Shown here one piece after another: positions 62,045 to 64,000 of a stretch of 64,000 bases of DNA (position 1 is the first letter of the stretch; each line of letters opens with the position of its first letter). Where the stretch lies: positions 2,967-66,966 of the forward strand of contig JAPLXL010000005.1 in assembly GCA_026396115.1 (NCBI GenBank), written 5' to 3'. The notes under the pieces are model-generated. The model saw only the letters and a list, made by a program, of their open reading frames with translations, was not told where the DNA came from and did no database searches. The stretch comes from Candidatus Nealsonbacteria bacterium. GTDB taxonomy: Bacteria > Patescibacteriota > Minisyncoccia > Minisyncoccales > RBG-13-42-11. The position numbers were made by a program, and so were the translations under genes.

Positions 62045-62584
62045 TTAGTCTATAACAACAAGTCGTAGATACTTGTTGGGACCTTCTGGGAATTTAGAAA
62101 TACTATCTACACATCGATACGTTTCCATAATCTTTTTAAGAAGTCTTGGATGTAGACGTTTGAAGAGTGTAACGGCTCGATCTCGAAAAAGAACATCGGC
62201 TGCTTTTTGTTTCGAAAAGAGACAATCAAGATGTAGAATTAGATACACTATACTATTTTCTGTAGCAAATGCCAAAGGATACATTCTGCATACCAATGGC
62301 CTTTTGCTATAAATGGTGCATCTCTTTTTTTTACAAAATGGACAAGGAGGTTTAAATCGTTCAATATTAATTTTCTTATCCTTCTCAGTAAATGACTGGA
62401 GAAATGAGATATTGTTGTTGATTTCTAATATTTCTACTCCGTCTTGATATAATCTCTCAGCTTCCTGTGGTATAAGCCAGATAAAGCCCTGACAGTCATC
62501 ATCCTGACATTGCTGGCAAACTTCGCTAATCCCCAGAAATAAAGATCCGAGTGCTTTATAAAGTTCATTAAGTTTTTTAATCAT
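62045..62584 (-). CDS. YkgJ-family (CxxCxxCC-type) Cys-cluster protein
   Basis: CQQCQDDDCQGFIWL... and CPFCKKKRCTIYSKRPLVCRMYP. Confidence 0.7.
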   Translation of the reverse strand: MIKKLNELYKALGSLFLGISEVCQQCQDDDCQGFIWLIPQEAERLYQDGVEILEINNNISFLQSFTEKDKKINIERFKPPCPFCKKKRCTIYSKRPLVCRMYPLAFATENSIVYLILHLDCLFSKQKAADVLFRDRAVTLFKRLHPRLLKKIMETYRCVDSISKFPEGPNKYLRLVVID

Positions 62585-63500
62585 TTCTACACCTCGCTTT
62601 TTTAGTAAGTGGACAAGGAATCCCTTTATTCAGGCAGAAGACTAGATTGTTGCCCGTATAAATTTGATAGCAACATCTCAAGCGCGGATTGTTAACAAAA
62701 TTACCCGTACTTTCTTGTAGCTTTTCCCTAAATTCCGGGTTGTTTATATGTCCTATCGCTGATAAGGGACGCCGTAAGGCAACTTCAGTACAAGGATAAA
62801 CCATTCCATTAGAGGTAAGATAGAGAACTGAAAGATCCGCACTGCACCTATCCTCTGGTTTACTAAGATTTCCTCCGGTAGTGTCCTTTGCAAATTGCTG
62901 GAGATAAGATTTTTGTTGTTCTGTTATTTGAAGTAATTTCTGGTAATTTAAAGCACGTCCTGCCATAGTAATTTCAGAAATATGTACTCTGTTTGTTCCT
63001 AATGACCACGCAAGTTTTATTACGCATTCCATGTCATTAACATTTATTTTTGAAACAGTAAAATAAACTGAGACTGGTAGATAATCTACAAATATCTTAA
63101 TGGCTTGGCAAGCTCTTTCAAAACTATGTCTACCCCGAATAAAGTCATTGATTTCTGGTTTTGAACCGTCAAGACTTACACCTACCGCTTCAACAACCTT
63201 AACTAATTGCTGAACCAAACTGTGATCAACAGTAAATCCATTAGTTAAAAGTTGAATATTTATTCCTTCTTCTCTGCAATCATTTAGAATTATTAGCAGG
63301 TTTTTGAGAGCTAAAGGTTCTCCGCCGGTAATCATAAGGTTCTTACAGCCGAGACCAGCCATTGTCTTTATCGCTTTTTTTATACCATTAAGAGTAAGTT
63401 CATTTCTTCTAGGTTTACCGCAGTTATTCAAACAATGCAGACAGTTTAAGTTGCACCTTGTTGTTATTTCCCAATGCCATTCTCTGTGGTCTCCTGACAT
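62577..63500 (-). CDS. Radical SAM enzyme with SPASM/twitch-like C-terminal Cys cluster
   Basis: TTRCNLNCLHC (CxxxCxxC), ITGGEPL. C-terminal Cys residues: C...YPC, RLRCC, FC...PCP, C. Confidence 0.8.
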   Translation of the reverse strand: MSGDHREWHWEITTRCNLNCLHCLNNCGKPRRNELTLNGIKKAIKTMAGLGCKNLMITGGEPLALKNLLIILNDCREEGINIQLLTNGFTVDHSLVQQLVKVVEAVGVSLDGSKPEINDFIRGRHSFERACQAIKIFVDYLPVSVYFTVSKINVNDMECVIKLAWSLGTNRVHISEITMAGRALNYQKLLQITEQQKSYLQQFAKDTTGGNLSKPEDRCSADLSVLYLTSNGMVYPCTEVALRRPLSAIGHINNPEFREKLQESTGNFVNNPRLRCCYQIYTGNNLVFCLNKGIPCPLTKKARCRND

Positions 63501-63517
63501 TATTAACCACCTCCTTT

Positions 63518-64000
63518 CTAGTCAGTGATTCTGATTGCCTTTATAGCCGCAAGTTTAGTGACGAACGACCTAATCTCTTTTTCGTCGAAAATGCCTGCAA
63601 ATCGCGTCACCAAAGCTTTTTCATTCGTTTCGCCATTAATTATCACCCTCATAACTTCGGTTGTTTCGTTATCAATCTCGATGGTTTGATAACGAGTAAC
63701 GAGATATGGTTCACGGTGAAAAACATTTAGTTTGGTATAGGGATCAAGGCTAAAGTAACGGTAGTACTTTGGGTACTTACTCGGTAAATTCCGTCTGGGT
63801 ATCCCCGAGACAGGATAAAGAGGTTTGTTTAATCCCCGAACCGCATAGTCGACGCAATAACCAGTTGAATAACTACAATCTACCTTACAACCACATAAGC
63901 ACTCAGTTAAAACTCGACAGGAACGACACGGTTCAGTTACCCAGCGGAGATCACGAAACTCGTCTAATTGTTTCTTCTTCCATATCTGCTCAATAGGTTT
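63518..64000 (-). CDS. C-terminal part of a second SPASM-domain radical SAM protein (5' end off-window)
   Basis: Manual translation of the minus strand is open to the window edge: ...WVTEPCRSCRVLTECLCGCKVDCSYSTGYCVDY... ending ...AIKAIRITD*. The stop lies 17 nt before the next gene's ATG. Missing from the ORF track because no start codon is in the window. Confidence 0.6.
   Translation of the reverse strand, partial: KPIEQIWKKKQLDEFRDLRWVTEPCRSCRVLTECLCGCKVDCSYSTGYCVDYAVRGLNKPLYPVSGIPRRNLPSKYPKYYRYFSLDPYTKLNVFHREPYLVTRYQTIEIDNETTEVMRVIINGETNEKALVTRFAGIFDEKEIRSFVTKLAAIKAIRITD

Overview
Low-GC (by eye about one third G+C), gene-dense bacterial chromosome segment, mostly plus-strand. It looks like a small-genome Patescibacteria/CPR-type organism using the standard code, since TGA serves as a stop in conserved genes. 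Housekeeping content includes acyP, tgt, greA, a membrane-anchored ClpC-like AAA+ protein and a shortened dcw cluster (mraZ, rsmH, ftsL-like, ftsI, degenerate murF-like). It also holds tRNA-Glu(CUC), a class IV aminotransferase, two P-type ATPases, a CaCA exchanger, rmuC, rplU, recR, dnaB, cysS, dnaX, tRNA-Gln(UUG), a DEAD-box helicase, xseA/xseB, rlmN, plsC and many small membrane or DUF proteins. Six things stand out. (1) A minus-strand radical-SAM cluster at the 3' end (two SPASM-type rSAMs, a YkgJ Cys-cluster protein, an untracked 36-aa Lys-rich peptide gene with its own strong terminator, and a B12-binding rSAM) looks like an uncharacterised peptide-maturation (RiPP-like) system. (2) A roughly 50-nt hairpin repeat family occurs in at least 20 copies. 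Many sit in-frame inside conserved proteins (FtsI twice, RsmH, ClpC-like, P-type ATPase, AlkD-like, RlmN) or supply C-termini and stop codons, which recalls Rickettsia palindromic elements. There is also a 4 x 48-nt tandem array and a roughly 100-nt multi-hairpin composite. (3) A conserved terminator-hairpin plus extended -10 module is reused at about 10 intergenic sites, and several downstream genes look leaderless. (4) A G+C-richer islet (about 20.1-21.9 kb) carries an orphan gene, a GC-rich structured non-coding element and a CsgG-like protein. (5) A phased GTGG/DnaA-box-like array lies upstream of mraZ. (6) Smaller items include a promoter-to-terminator non-coding unit upstream of greA, a shared palindromic motif upstream of rmuC and dnaB, and a 141-bp perfect direct repeat in a split surface-protein gene. 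All functional calls come from motif recognition by eye; no database searches were run.
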